64,000 nt of DNA, from positions 127,162,001-127,226,000 of the forward strand of contig OZ024743.1 of NCBI GenBank assembly GCA_964016885.1, written 5' to 3'. Every line of letters starts with the position of its first letter. The first letter of the stretch is position 1. A program made the translations under genes and the position numbers. The notes beneath the pieces are model-generated. The model did no database searches and was not told where the DNA came from. It worked only from the letters and a program-made list of their open reading frames with translations. Shown piece by piece: positions 52,101 to 64,000 of the stretch. This DNA is from Eledone cirrhosa. Lineage: Eukaryota.

Positions 52101-55100
52101 GTGTATGGTGGTGTGTAGTGTGGTGTATGGTGGTGTGCTGTAGTGTAGTGTGGTGTAGTGTGGTTGTGGGGGTGTGATGTAGTGTGGTGTAATGTGGTGT
52201 GTGGTGGTGTAATGTAGTGTAGTGTGGTGTATGGCGGTGTGTGGTGGTGTGGTGTAGTGTAGTGGTGTAATGTGGTGTATGGTGGTCTGTGATGTAGAGT
52301 AGTGTGGTGAAGTGTGCTGTATGGTGGTGTGTGGTGGTGTGTGATGGTGTGATGTAGTGTAGTGTGGTGTATGGTGGTGTGTGGTGTTGTGCTATAGTGT
52401 AGTGTGGTGTGTGGTGGTGTGATGTAGTGTAGTGGTGTATGGTGGTCTGTGATGTAGTGTAGTGTGGTGTAGTGTGGTGTGATGTAGAGTAGTGTGGTGA
52501 AGTGTGGTGTATGATGCTGTGTGGTGGTGTGCTGTAGTGTAGTGTAGTGTGGGGTGATGTAGTGTAGTGTGGTGTAGTGTGGTGTATGGTGGTGTGTGGT
52601 GGTGTGATGTAGTGTGATGTGTGGTGGTGTGATGTAGTGTAGGGTGGTGTAGTGTGGTGTATGGTGGTGTGTGGTGGTGTGATGTAGTGTACTGTGGTGT
52701 AGTGTGGTGTATGGTGGTGTGTGGTGGTGTGCTGTAGTGTGATGTGTGGTGGTGTGATGTAGTGTAGGGTGGTGTAGTGTGGTGTATGGTGGTGTGGTGT
52801 ATGGTGGTGTGCTGTAGTGTAGTGTGGTGTAGTGTGGTTATGGTGGTGTGCTGTAGTGTAGTGTAGTGTGGGGTGACGTAGTGTAGTGTGGTGTAGTGTG
52901 GTGTATGGTGGTGTGTGGTGGTGTGATGTAGTGTAGTGTGGTGTATGGTGTTGTATGGTGGTGTGTGGTGGGGTGCTGTAGTGTAGTGTAGTGCGTGATG
53001 GTCGGATGTAGTGTGGTATGATGTAATGTGGTGTGGTGTGTGGTGGTGTGATGTGGTGTGTGGTTGTGTATGGTGGTGTGTGGTGGTGTGATGTAGTGTA
53101 GTGTGGTGTGTGGTGGTGTGATGTAGTGTAGTGTGGTGTGTGGTGGTGTGATATAGTGTAATGCGGTGTAGTGTGGTGTGATGTAGTGTAATGTGGTGTA
53201 GTGTGTGGTGGTGTAATATAGTGTAGTGTGGTGTGTGGTGGGGTGATGTAGTGTAGTGTGGTGTATGGTGGTGTGTGGTGGTGTGCTGTAGAGTAGTGTG
53301 GTGTAGTATGGTGTGTGGTGGTGTGATGTAGTGTAGTGTGGTGTAGTGTGTTGTATGGTCATGTGTGGTGGTGTGATGTAGTGTAGTGTCGAGTGTGGTA
53401 GTGTATGGTGGTGTGATGTAGTGTGGTGTAGTGTGGTGTGTGATGGTGTGATGTAGTGTAGTGTGGTGTACGGTGGTGTGTGGTGGTGTGATGTAGTGTA
53501 GTGTGGTGTATGGTGGTGTTATGTAGTGTAGTGTGGTGTAGTGTGGTGTATGGTGGTGTGTGGTGGTGTGCTGTAGTGTAGTGTGGTGTAGTGTGGTGTG
53601 TGGTGGTGTAATGTAGTGTAGTGTGGTGTAGTGTGGTGTATTGTGTTGTGTGGTGGTGTGCTGTAGTGTAGTGTGGTGTGTGATGTAGTGTAGCATGGTG
53701 TAGTGTGGTGTATGGTGGTGTGGTGTATGGTGGTGTGCTGTAGTGTGGTGTAGTGTGGTTGTGGTGGTGTGATGGAGTGTGGTGTATGGTGGTATGCTGT
53801 AGTGTAGTGTGGTGTAGAGTGGTGTATGGTGGTGTGATGTAGTGTAGTGGTGTAGTGTGCTGGTGTGATGTAGTGTAGTGGTGTAGTGTGGTGTATGGTG
53901 GTGTGATGTAGTGTAGTGTGGTGTAGTGGTGTATGGTGGTGTGATGTAGTGTAGTGCGGTATAGTGTGGTGTATGGTGGTGTGTGGTGGTGTGATGTAGT
54001 GTGGTCTGTGATGTAGTGTAGTGTGGTGTATGGTGGTGTATGGTGGTGTGATGTAGTGTAGTGTGGTGTGTGGTGGTGTGCTGTAGTGTAGTGTGGTGTA
54101 GAGTGGTGTATGGCGGTGTGTGGTGGTGTGATGTAGCGTAGGGTGGTGTAGTGTGGTGTATGGTGGTGTGATGTAGTGTAGTGTGGTGTGTGGTGGTGTG
54201 ATGTAGTGTAGTGTGGTGTAGTGTGATGTATGGTGGTGTGTGGTGGTGTGTGGTGCTGTGATGTAGTGTATGGTGGTGTATGGTGGTGTGATGTAGTGTA
54301 GTGTGGTGTGTGGTGGTGTGCTGTAGTGTAGTGTGGTGTAGAGTGGTGTATGGCGGTGTGTGGTGGTGTGATGTAGCGTAGGGTGGTGTAGTGTGGTGTA
54401 TGGTGGTGTGATGTAGTGTAGTGTGGTGTGTGGTGGTGTGATGTAGTGTAGTGTGGTGTAGTGTGATGTATGGTGGTGTGTGGTGGTGTGTGGTGCTGTG
54501 ATGTAGCGTAGTGTGGTGTATGGTGGTGTGTGGTGGTGTGATGTAGTGTAGTGTGGTGTATGGTGGTGTGATATAGAGTAGTGTGGTGAAGTGTGCTGTA
54601 TGGTGGTGTATGGTGCTGTGCTGTAGTGTAGTGTGCTGTAGTGTAGTGTGGTCTGTGGTGGTGTGATGTAGTGTAGTGTGGTCTGTGGTGGTGCGTTGAA
54701 GTGTAGTGTTGTGTGTGGTGGGGTGATGTAGTGTAGTGTAGTGTAGTGTGGTGTAGTGTCGAGTGTGGTGGTGTGATGTAGTGTGATGTGTGGTGGTGTG
54801 ATGTAGTGTAGTGTAGTGTGGTGTGTGGTGGTGTGATGTAGTCTAGTGGTGTAGTGTGGTGTGATGTATTGTCGTCTGGTGTATGGTGGTGTGATGTGTG
54901 GTGGTGTGATGTAGTGAAGTGGTGTAGTGTGGTGTATGGTGTTGTGATGTAGTGTAGTGTGGTGTATGGTGGTGTGATGTAGAGTAGTGTGGTGAAGTGT
55001 GGTGTATGGTGCTGTGTGGTGGTGTGCTGTAGTGTAGTGTGGTGTGTGGTGGTGTGATGTAGTGTAGGGTGGTGTAGTGTGGTGTATGGTGGTGTGATGT

Positions 55101-58100
55101 AGTGTAGTGTGGTGTATGGTGGTGTGCTGTAGTGTAGTCTGGTCTGTGGCGGTGTGATGTAGTGTAGTGTGGTGTATGGTGGTGTGATGTAGTGTAGTGT
55201 GGTGTAGTGTGGTGTATGGTGGTGTGATGTAGAGTAGTGTGGTGAAGTGTGGTGTATGGTGGTGTGATGTAGAGTAGTGTGGTGAAGTGTGGTGTATGGT
55301 GCTGTGTGGTGGTGTGCTGTAGTCTAGTGTGGTGTGTGGTGGTGTGATGTAGTGTAGGGTGGCGTAGTGATGTGTATGGTGGTGTACTGTAGTGTAGTGT
55401 GCTGTAGTGTAGTGTGGTCTGTGATGTAATGTAGTGTGGTCTGTGGTGGTACGTTGAAGTGTAGTGTTGTGTGTGGTGGGATGATGTAGTGTAGTGTAGT
55501 GTAGTGTGGTGTAGTGTCGAGTGTGCTGGTGTGATGTAGTGCGTTGTGTGATGTAGTGTAGTGTGGTGTATGGTGGTGTGTGGTGGTGTGATGTAGTGTA
55601 GTGTGGTGTATGGTGGTGTGATGTAGTGTAGTGTGGTGTGTGATATAGTGTAATGTGGTGTAGTATAGTGTAATGTGGTGTGATGTAGTGTAGTGTGGTG
55701 TATGGTGGTGTGATGTAGTGTAGTGTGGTGTGTGATATAGTGTAATGTGGTGTGTGGTGGTGTGATATAGTGTAATGTGGTGTAGTGTGGTGTATGGTGG
55801 TGTGATGTAGTGTTGTGTATGGTGGTGTGATGTAGTGTAGTGTGGTGTATGGTGGTGTGATGTAGTGTAGCGTGGTGTAGTGTGGTGTATGGTGGTGTGG
55901 TGTATGGTGGTGTGCTGTTGTGTAGTGTGGTTGTGGTGGTGTGATGTAGTGTTGTGTATGGTGGTGTGCTGTAGTATAGTGTGGTGTAGAGTGGTCTATG
56001 GCGGTGTGTGGTGGTGTGATGTAGTGTAGTGTGGTGTGTGGTGATGTGCTGTAGTGTAGTGTGGTGTAGAGTGGTGTATGGCGGTGTGTGGTGGTGTGAT
56101 GTAGTGTAGTGTGGTGGTGTGATGTAGTGCGGTGTGTGGTAGTGTGATGTAGTGTAGTGTGGTGTGTGGTGGTGTGATGTAGTGTGGTGTGTGGTGGTGT
56201 GATGTAGTGTAGTGTGGTGTCGTGAGGTGTGCTGTAATGTAATGTGGTGTAAGGTGGTGTGATGTAGTGTAATGTGGGGTAGTTTGGTTGTATGGTAGTG
56301 TGGTGTAGTGTAGTGTGGTGTGTGGTGGTATGATGTAGAGTAGTGTGGTGTGCTGTAGTGTAGTGTGGTGTAGAGTGGTGTATGGCGGTGTGTGGTGGTG
56401 TGATGTAGTGTAGAGTGGTGTAGTGTGGTGTATGGTGGTGTGTGGTAGTGTAGTGTGGTGTGTGGTGGTGTGATGTAGTGTAGGGTGGTGTAGTGTGGTG
56501 TATGGTGGTGTGTGGTGGTGTGATGTAGTGTAGTGTGGTGTAGTGTGGTGTATGGTGGCGTGTGGTGCTGTGATGTAGCGGAGTGTGGTGTATGGTGGTG
56601 TGTGGTGGTGTGATGTAGTGTAGTGTGGTGTATGGTGGTGTGATGTAGAGTAGTGTGGTGAAGTGTGGTGTGTGGTGGTGTGATGTAGTGTAGTGTGGTG
56701 TATGGTGGTGTGATGTAGAGTAGTGTGGTGTAGTGTGGTGTGTGGTGGTGTGATGTAGAGTAGTGTGGTGAAGTGTGCTGTATGGTGGTGTGCTGTAGTG
56801 TAGTGCGTTGTGTGGTGGTGTGATGTAGTGTCGTGTAGTGTAGTGTGGTGTATGGTGGTGTGATGTAGTGTAGTGTGGTGTATGGTGGTGTGTGGTGTTG
56901 TGCTGTAGTGTAGTGTGGCGTGTGGTGGTGTGATGTAGTGTAGGATGGTGTAGTGTGGTGTATGGTGGTGTGCTGTAGTGTGGTGTGGTTGTGGTGGTGT
57001 GATGTAGTGTAGTGTGGTGTAGAGTGTGGTATGGCGGTGTGTGGTGGTGTGATGTAGTGTAGTGTAGTGTGGTGTGTGGTGGTGTGATGTAGTCTAGTGG
57101 TGTAGTGTGGTGTGATGTATTGTAGTCTGGTGTATGGTGGTGTGATGTGTGGTGGTGTGATGTAGTGTAGTGGTGTAGTGTGGTGTATGGTGTTGTAATG
57201 TAGTGTAGTGTGGTGTATGGTGGTGTGATGTAGAGTAGTGTGGTGAAGTGTGGTGTATGGTGCTGTGTGGTGGTGTGCTGTAGTGTAGTGTGGTGTGTGG
57301 TGGTGTGATGTAGTGTAGGGTGGTGTAGTGTGGTGTATGGTGGTGTGATGTAGTGTAGTGTGGTGTATGGTGGTGTGCTGTAGTGTAGTGTGGTCTGTGG
57401 TGGCGTGATGTAGTGTAGTGTGGTGTGTGGTGGTGCGTTGAAGTGTAGTGTTGTGTGTGGTGGGGTGTTGTAGTGTAGTGTAGTGTAGTGTAGTGTGGTG
57501 TGGTGTATGGTGGTGTGTGGTGGTGTGATGTAGTGTAGTGTGGTGTGATGTAATGTAGTGTGGTGTGATGGTGGTGTGCTGTAGTGTAGTGTGGTGTGTG
57601 GTGGTGTGATGTAGTGTAGTGTGGTTGTATGATGTAGTGTAGTATGGTGTGTGGTGGTGTGATATAGTGTAGTGTGGTGTATGGTGGTGTGATGTAGTGT
57701 AGTGTGGTGTGTGGTGGTATGATGTAGTGTAGTGTGTGGTGTGTGATGTAGTGTAGTGTGGTGTGTGGTGGTATGATGTAGTGTGGTGTGTGGTGGTATG
57801 ATGTAGTGTAGTGTGGTGGTGTGATGTAGTGCGGTGTGTGGTGGTGTGATGTAGTGTAGTGTGGTGTGTGGTGGTGTGATGTAGTGTAGTGTAGTGTATG
57901 GTGGTGTGCTGTAGTGTAGTGTGGTGTGTGGTGGTGTGATGTAGTGTGGTGTGTGGTGGTGTAATGTAGTGTAGTGTGGTGCCGTGAGGTGTGCTGTAAT
58001 GTAATGTGGTGTAAGGTGGTGTGATGTAGTGTAATGTGGTGTAGTTTGGTTGTATGGTGGTGTGCTGTAGTGTAGTGTGGTGTGTGCTGGTATGATGTAT

Positions 58101-58300
58101 TGTATGGTGGTGTGACGTAGTGTAATGTGGTGTAATTTGGTTGTATGTTGGTGTCCTGAGTGTAGTGTTGGTCAGGTCTGAGTAACATGATGTAGTGTAG
58201 AAAGGTGTAGTGAAATGATGTGTAGTGTAGTCTAGTGTAGTATTAAGTCGTGTTATGTGAGTTTAATTTAGTATAATGTAGTGTGGTGGAAAGTGTAGTG
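49140..58300. repeat. ~9 kb complex pentamer satellite (GTAGT/GTGGT/GTGAT/GTGCT)
   Basis: Seen directly. Strongly G/T-rich on the plus strand. Confidence 0.97.
49460..49809 (+). mobile_element. hAT (Charlie-like) DNA transposon terminal fragment inside the satellite
   Basis: Starts CAAAGGTTCTCAAC, resembling a hAT TIR. Segment 49710-49809 is repeated at ~28307-28423. Confidence 0.55.
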
Positions 58301-59406
58301 GATTTAGAAAACACCATAAGATAATTGTAGCTCCCAGCTAAAGTGAAATTCGACACCGATTGAGAAGATATTTTCGAGTAAAATGTTATTTCACTCGATA
58401 GTAACAGAAGAAATGGAAGAGTGGAAAGAAAAAAGAGAAAAGCTTGACATCAGCTATAAAATTAATGGCATATCTCTTCTCGATAGTGTCAGCCACATTT
58501 TCATTTTCGTTTATATTTTCAACTGTATTATATATTTTTCCTATTTTTGATACCAAAGAGTTATAACACAACTTCTCTACAACATGACCTATAAGGTTTC
58601 AAGCTTTCAGATCAACAATAAAAATCGATCTATTTTTTGTTTGTTTGTTTATTTGTTATTTTCTTTCCACGATGGTTCTACCGACAACTATAGGGTAGTG
58701 TTCCCAAGTGGCATCATTTAAAAATTCACTAAAACTATAAATGCTGGAAGTTTAAAAGCAATATTATAAAACGATCGATGTGTTTTAAATATAGAATTAG
58801 AGGCAGCATTGATTTCCGCAAATCATCCACAATTAGGCTGGCTTTTGGCGACTTTCAAACGGTGTTAATCATATCTTTTAACTCGGTGAATTAGAAGGCA
58901 TCGCATGGATTTATCGCCTATAGTTATTGTTGTTTGGTAGAAAATCGAGTCTATGGTGAGTGTAGGTGGGGGTGTAGGTTGGCAAAGTGGTACAGTGGAT
59001 GGAGTGAAATGAAAGGGGAGAGCAAGAAGGAAAAAAGTAAGGCGAGCGAGCGAAAGAGAGAAAGCGAGGGGGGAAAGAGATTGAGGTAGATAGATAAAGA
59101 GAGACTGATAGATTGATAGGCAGGCAGAGCGGCAGATGGATAGAGAGAGAGATGGATGGATATATAGATAGATTTCTTTATTAGCCACAAGGGCGCAACA
59201 AGAAAGGGGACAATACAAAGACATGCCGGGGATTTTACATACAGTCGTGTAAAAAATATAAAAACAAACAATTTCAACAATCGAAATCCCCAATAAGGGG
59301 GAGGCGCCACAAATGGGTTGTTTAATACCCCGTCGATAGAACAACCCTCAACTCAAGGAGCGTGTTGTGCAAGTGCTCCTTTCTTCCTTTTGCTCTCTTC
59401 CTCAAC

Positions 59407-62400
59407 CTACAGGCTTATAAACAGAGAAGGCCCAATCACTCGGGCCATTTTCGCTTCATTCACCCACCTTTCAGTAAATTTACTGGGGTGCAGTGCCTCT
59501 CTCTCCACCCTGATTCTCCTTCTAAAGTGATACTTAAAGAATGGAATCAATTGTTGTCCGGAGAGAAAGGCATCTGTCCTCAGTCCTCTCAACCTCGTCC
59601 ACCATATAACTTCTTTCACCATAGCCACCGTACAGAGGAAAACCACCTCTCTTTCGTTTTTGAAAGAGTCTGGCGGTTTGATCCTTACTATGGACTCGGC
59701 AGTCAACTGTATTTGTCCCATACGCGACAGCAGTTGTTCTGCATAGTTCCACAGGTCGCTTATGCCCGGGCAGTGTACAATTGCGTGCAGAACTGTTTCA
59801 ATGTCCTGCGCACATCTTGGATACGTCCTCTTGGAAGGATCCCTGCCAGGGCGTCCGTGCCTGTAGATCTTGTCACGAACCGGTAGAGCTCCTCGGTAGC
59901 ACTGCCAGGCCAGGGACCTCTGGAAGTTGTCCATAGGTCCCGGGCGGAAAGTCCTACCAAACATACTGGTGAGCTCATCGTCTTCGACGCCCAGAGTCTC
60001 TCCGAGCACGTCGTCGCCCTTGTAACGTACAATCCCTCTATAGAATGTCGAAGTGGAGTCTCCACTGATTGCTGCGCCCGCTTGCCAGAGGACTGTGAGC
60101 GCCTGAGCGCATTCAATGTGCCAGGCGCCCATCGTTTTCGGTCTTTTCTTCACCCAGGACTGCAGCTCCGTTAGCGAGACGAGCTGTGGGAAAGCCTGTC
60201 TCACAAACGGTGCCCACACCGGTTGGGGGTCGGTGAGGAATACCTGGAGATGCCGCAGCCTCAGCGCATGTTTGCGCATCATCAGCCACGGCATTCCCAG
60301 CCCTCCGTTGGAAGGGTGCTGACAGCAAACGGATCTCCTCACCAGCGGAGCCTGCTTCTTCCACAGAAACTGGAAGAGCATGCGTTCCATCTTGGCGAGG
60401 TGTTCACGGGGACAAGGCACGACAGTCAAGCGGTAGTAGATGACGGACGCTATGAAAGTGTTCGCCACCTCCGCTCGACCTTTCAAGGACAGTTTGCACT
60501 CTGCCCACTTCTGAGTGAGTGCAAACACCTTGGCCGTGACCTCGTTCCAGTTTTTCTCCACCTGGAGGTCTGGACCGAACCAGACCCCGAGCAATTTCAC
60601 CGGTCCGTCCGTCCAGCGTCCAACGACGCTGTCGGATGTCATCGGTTTGCCTCTCCACGTACCGAGTTGCAAACCGACAGACTTGTCTGGGTTTAGTTTT
60701 GCTCCCGTCAGCGTTTCGTATTCTTTCAGTATGTTGCCGATCACCTCGATTTCCGAGGTGCTCGACACCATTACTGTCACGTCGTCGGCATAAGCCGACG
60801 CCGCTTTGCGCAGTCCCGGTTCTAGGGGGATGCCCTGCAACAGCTCCAATTTCCGCAGTAGTGGCTCTAGAGTCAATACATACAGAATGGAGGAGAGAGG
60901 GCATCCCTGTCGAATGGAACGCGTGATTGCGAACGGCTCCGATAGGTAGCCGTTCACCTTGACCCTCGAGCAGATGCTGGTGTGCATCGCCTCGATCCAT
61001 CCTCTGAACACGGGACCGAAACCGGCCGCCTTGAGAACCGCTTCCAAGTATCGATGGTCGACCCTATCGAATGCCTTAGACTGATCCAAGTTGATCAGAG
61101 CCCCACCGAAGCCGGGTTTACTACCCACCCTCTCTATGATGTATCGCATGAGGTGGAGGTTGTCGTGTATGGACCTGGTCGGGATTGCACACGTTTGCGC
61201 TTTCCCTACCAGGTTCTCGACGACAAGCGCCAACCTCGTCGCTAGCACCTTGGCCAAAATCTTTAACTCTGTGTTGAGCAGAGTTATGGGCCTGAAGTTG
61301 TTAATTTCGTCCCCCTTGTTCTCGTCTTTCCTGATCAGCGTTACTACGCCCTTGCCTGCAGAACTGGGAATTCTCCCGTTCTGCTGCCAATTGCAGTAGA
61401 CGGCTTCGAGGACGCCAGAGAACAAGTCCGGCATGCCTATGTAAAATTCGTAGGGTAGACCATCTAGACCGGGTGACTTGCGTTTCCCGCAGCGGCCCAG
61501 AGCGTCCCGTATCTCAGTGTCCGTGATCGGTCTTTCGCAGAACTCGGCGTCCGTGTTCGAGAGACGCGGCAGGCCGTCGAGGTATGAACTAAAGTCCATT
61601 GCCCCGTTCGGCTCACCGTCGTTCTGCTCAAACAGTCGCGCAAAGTGCCGCTGAAAGGCCGCGCACATTTGCTTGGGTCAAGTAGCACGCGTCCGTTTTG
61701 GTCTTTCAAAGACCGAATCGTGGACTTGTTGCCACTTTTTGCCTCCGCCACTCGGGCCCAGCTGACAGCTTTCGCTCCTTCGTTTCCTAGAGCACGTGTT
61801 TTGCTTCTGACCACGCAGCCTTCGTGTTTCGCATCGAAGAACTGGTCCAGTGCCGTTCTCGACGCTAACACTCTAGCCGCGTTGCCACTTCTAAGTGCCT
61901 CCTCTACCTTGGCTACTAGTTCTCTTTCTATTCTGTTTTTCTCTAAGGCTAACTCTCTGCTATACCCTATCGATTCTATTCTAATTGCTTTCTTGAGAGA
62001 GTACCACCATCTATTGTTGACGATAGCTCCCGTTAACTGTTGCTTGACTAGTTTACTTATCCGTTCACTGTAAGCTTTACGTGCCGGCAACGACACGTTC
62101 AGCTTCCAGTATCCGGGACCCTGTCTATGTATTCTATCACGGTTGACTAAGCAGACGACTAACTTGTGATCTGAATAGGCAACCATGTGCATTCGTGGAC
62201 AGCTTAACATATCCTTGTCCCTTTCTCTAATGAAGAACCTATCTAAATACGATCTAGATGTCCCACTGCGGTTTACCAACGTCCACTGTGGTGCAGTCGG
62301 GAAATCCAGTCGATACCTATCGGCCAGTTGGAATTGGCCGATTAAAGTTTTGAGGCTGTTGCACCCCGCTCTACTGGGACATGCTCCCACATAGTCCCAT

Positions 62401-62852
62401 CGTGCATCTAGGATACCATTCCAGTCCCCCACTAAAAGTAAGGAGCGAGACGTTCCCAGAAAAGACTCTAGACGCTTAAAGAAGTCTGGCCGTGATTGCG
62501 ATTGCCCGGTCGGGGCATAAACGGCCACCAGTCTGAAGGCTCCACCTCCGATACTGTTCACGTCTAGGACTACCAGTCTACCCTCCGGGTCCAAGTGTAC
62601 TTGCTGTACTCCGACGTCCAGGTTCTTCCGAAACATAACAGCCACTCCACCTCCACCTCCTGGCTGACAGAGAGATGCGTAGATCTCAAAGTCGTCGAAG
62701 ATGGGGGTTAGTTGCTGCCTGTTGTGGATTCTGGACTCGGTGATGGCTATCACATCCATACTGTGTGACCTAAGGTCGTTTAAAAGTTGGCCCTGTTTCC
62801 AGGGCATCCCTAGGCCACGCACATTCACGGTTCCAACTCGTAAACCAGCCAT
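59407..62852 (-). CDS. Tx1 ORF2p: APE endonuclease, reverse transcriptase, C-terminal zinc-knuckle-like motif; one frameshift near 61670
   Basis: NVRGL, ITES, GDWN, SYLDR and SDH endonuclease motifs. QGCPLS and YADD RT motifs. ORFs 61464-62852 and 59407-61668 overlap at LLDP/MCAAF. Confidence 0.92.
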
Positions 62853-62893
62853 GTTGGTGAAGAAAAGTTGGAGAAAAAGGACGAAAGGTGCAC

Positions 62894-64000
62894 TTACCTT
62901 TTCGTTTCCTGGAGATCGGGTTGTTCAATCTCCATTTGGGTGCTGGATGGGGTGTTGGGTGGGGTGGGGAAACCTTTCAACAGGACGCGGTTGATGGGTT
63001 TGTGGCAGGGGTTGCCTACGTCCTGTGAAAATTTAATTTTCACGTCTTTATAGGTTTCCATAGAAACCCTTATAAGTTTAAGGTGTGGAGACGATTCTGC
63101 CTTGACGAAAGTTTTGCCCTCCGTCTCCACCTTGGGGTTTTGGGAGATGACCTCCATCAAACTCTTGTTGTTTGTGTTGATGTATGCGTATTGTTGTTTG
63201 TGTTTTTGTTGTATTGTTTTAGTTTGTTGTTCATCTGGGAGTTTTCTTTTTATGGTGGGTGCTTGTGTTTGGGGTGGTGTTGGTGCTGGTTTTGCTGATA
63301 GGGGGGTGTTTGACTGTGGTGTTGTTTGTGTTGTTGTTTTTGTCTGTGGTTGTGTGTTGGTGTTGGTGATTGGAGTTTTGGGGGTTTTGTGGTGTCTCTT
63401 TTTTTGTTTTTAAAGAAGGAGAAGCAGCTTCATCCGTCGATGAATAATCATCGTCAGGTGTGTGGGGTAAGGGTATGTTGTGTGGTGGTGGTGGTGTTTC
63501 GGTATGTGTGTTTGTGGTAGTGTTTGATGGAGTGGGATGGAGTGGGGATGTGTTCTTCAGGGGTGTTGTCTCTGTTTTTTCTGTTGTTGTTGGTTGAGTG
63601 TCTGTTTGTTTTGGTGTGGTTGCTCGTTTCGTCTGTCGTTGTACTTGTGGTGGTGGTGGTGGTTGTTTTGGTGTTGGTGTTGGTAATAGCGTTTTTTTTA
63701 TGATGTTGCTGTTGTGTGTTTGTGGACAAGAGGCTTTTAGGTGAGATGTGCTACCACAGCGAAAGCAGTGACATTTTCTTCCTTCTACCGAAATGTTTAT
63801 TTTGTTGTTATTATCAATAACGACTCTTTCGGGTATTTTGGAGATTCTCTCCGGTTTCATTTGCAACAGAATCTCCAAATCGGTGCCCGCCCACCTTTGT
63901 CGAATGGATTTTCGTATCGAAAGTATTATGTCTGTTTCTGGCTCTACGAAGCCAGCCAAGATCCACCAGATGTTAATGCTTGGAGGTATTGTAGCGGTTG
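62894..64000 (-). pseudogene. Tx1 ORF1p, C-terminal part, frameshifted
   Basis: ISVEGRKCHCFRCGSTSHLKASC, T/P-rich linker, and a C-terminal domain homologous to copies A and C. Confidence 0.82.

Larger units (their letters stand above)
59165..64000 (-). mobile_element. Tx1/L1-clade LINE copy D, near-intact ORF2; 5' part beyond the window
   Basis: ORF1 (CFRCGSTSHLKASC) ends at 62894. ORF2 runs 62852-59407. The 3' end reads CCCTTGTGGCTAATAAAGAAAT followed by (CTAT)-type repeats. Confidence 0.95.

Noticed and set aside
52392-58188. Long His/Thr/Tyr-rich ORFs (434, 174 and 364 aa)
   Set aside because: They are by-products of the satellite: the C/A-rich strand rarely forms stop codons. There is no unique coding sequence or splice evidence.
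49140-58300. Telomeric array or CRISPR array
   Set aside because: No TTAGGG or TTAGG units, no constant repeat with unique spacers, and no cas genes.

Overview
AT-rich animal genomic DNA, probably a cephalopod such as Octopus (inferred from the SINE types, microsatellite load and TE mix; not verified). I found no host gene. The window is almost entirely retroelements and simple repeats. It holds four Tx1/L1-type LINEs on the minus strand (one near-intact at 59.2-64 kb) and three R4/Dong-like RLE LINEs. It also holds CRE, RTE and CR1 LINE remnants, Penelope-like fragments with several hammerhead-ribozyme motifs, a Helitron helicase plus a non-autonomous Helitron, Gypsy LTRs and an integrase fragment, tRNA-derived SINEs, MITEs and a ~9 kb GTRGT pentamer satellite. 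The most interesting patterns: (1) a 15.6 kb co-oriented head-to-tail train of LINEs, with most junctions at the microsatellite tail of the neighbouring element; (2) apparent (ACAT)n targeting by R4/Dong-like elements; (3) an unnamed conserved C-terminal domain in Tx1 ORF1p; (4) strand-specific UUCG/GNRA hairpins and a conserved 3' motif in Tx1 UTRs; (5) two TSD-flanked solo LTRs with non-canonical TG...TA ends; (6) a cluster of hammerhead motifs. All calls are by eye and boundaries are approximate.
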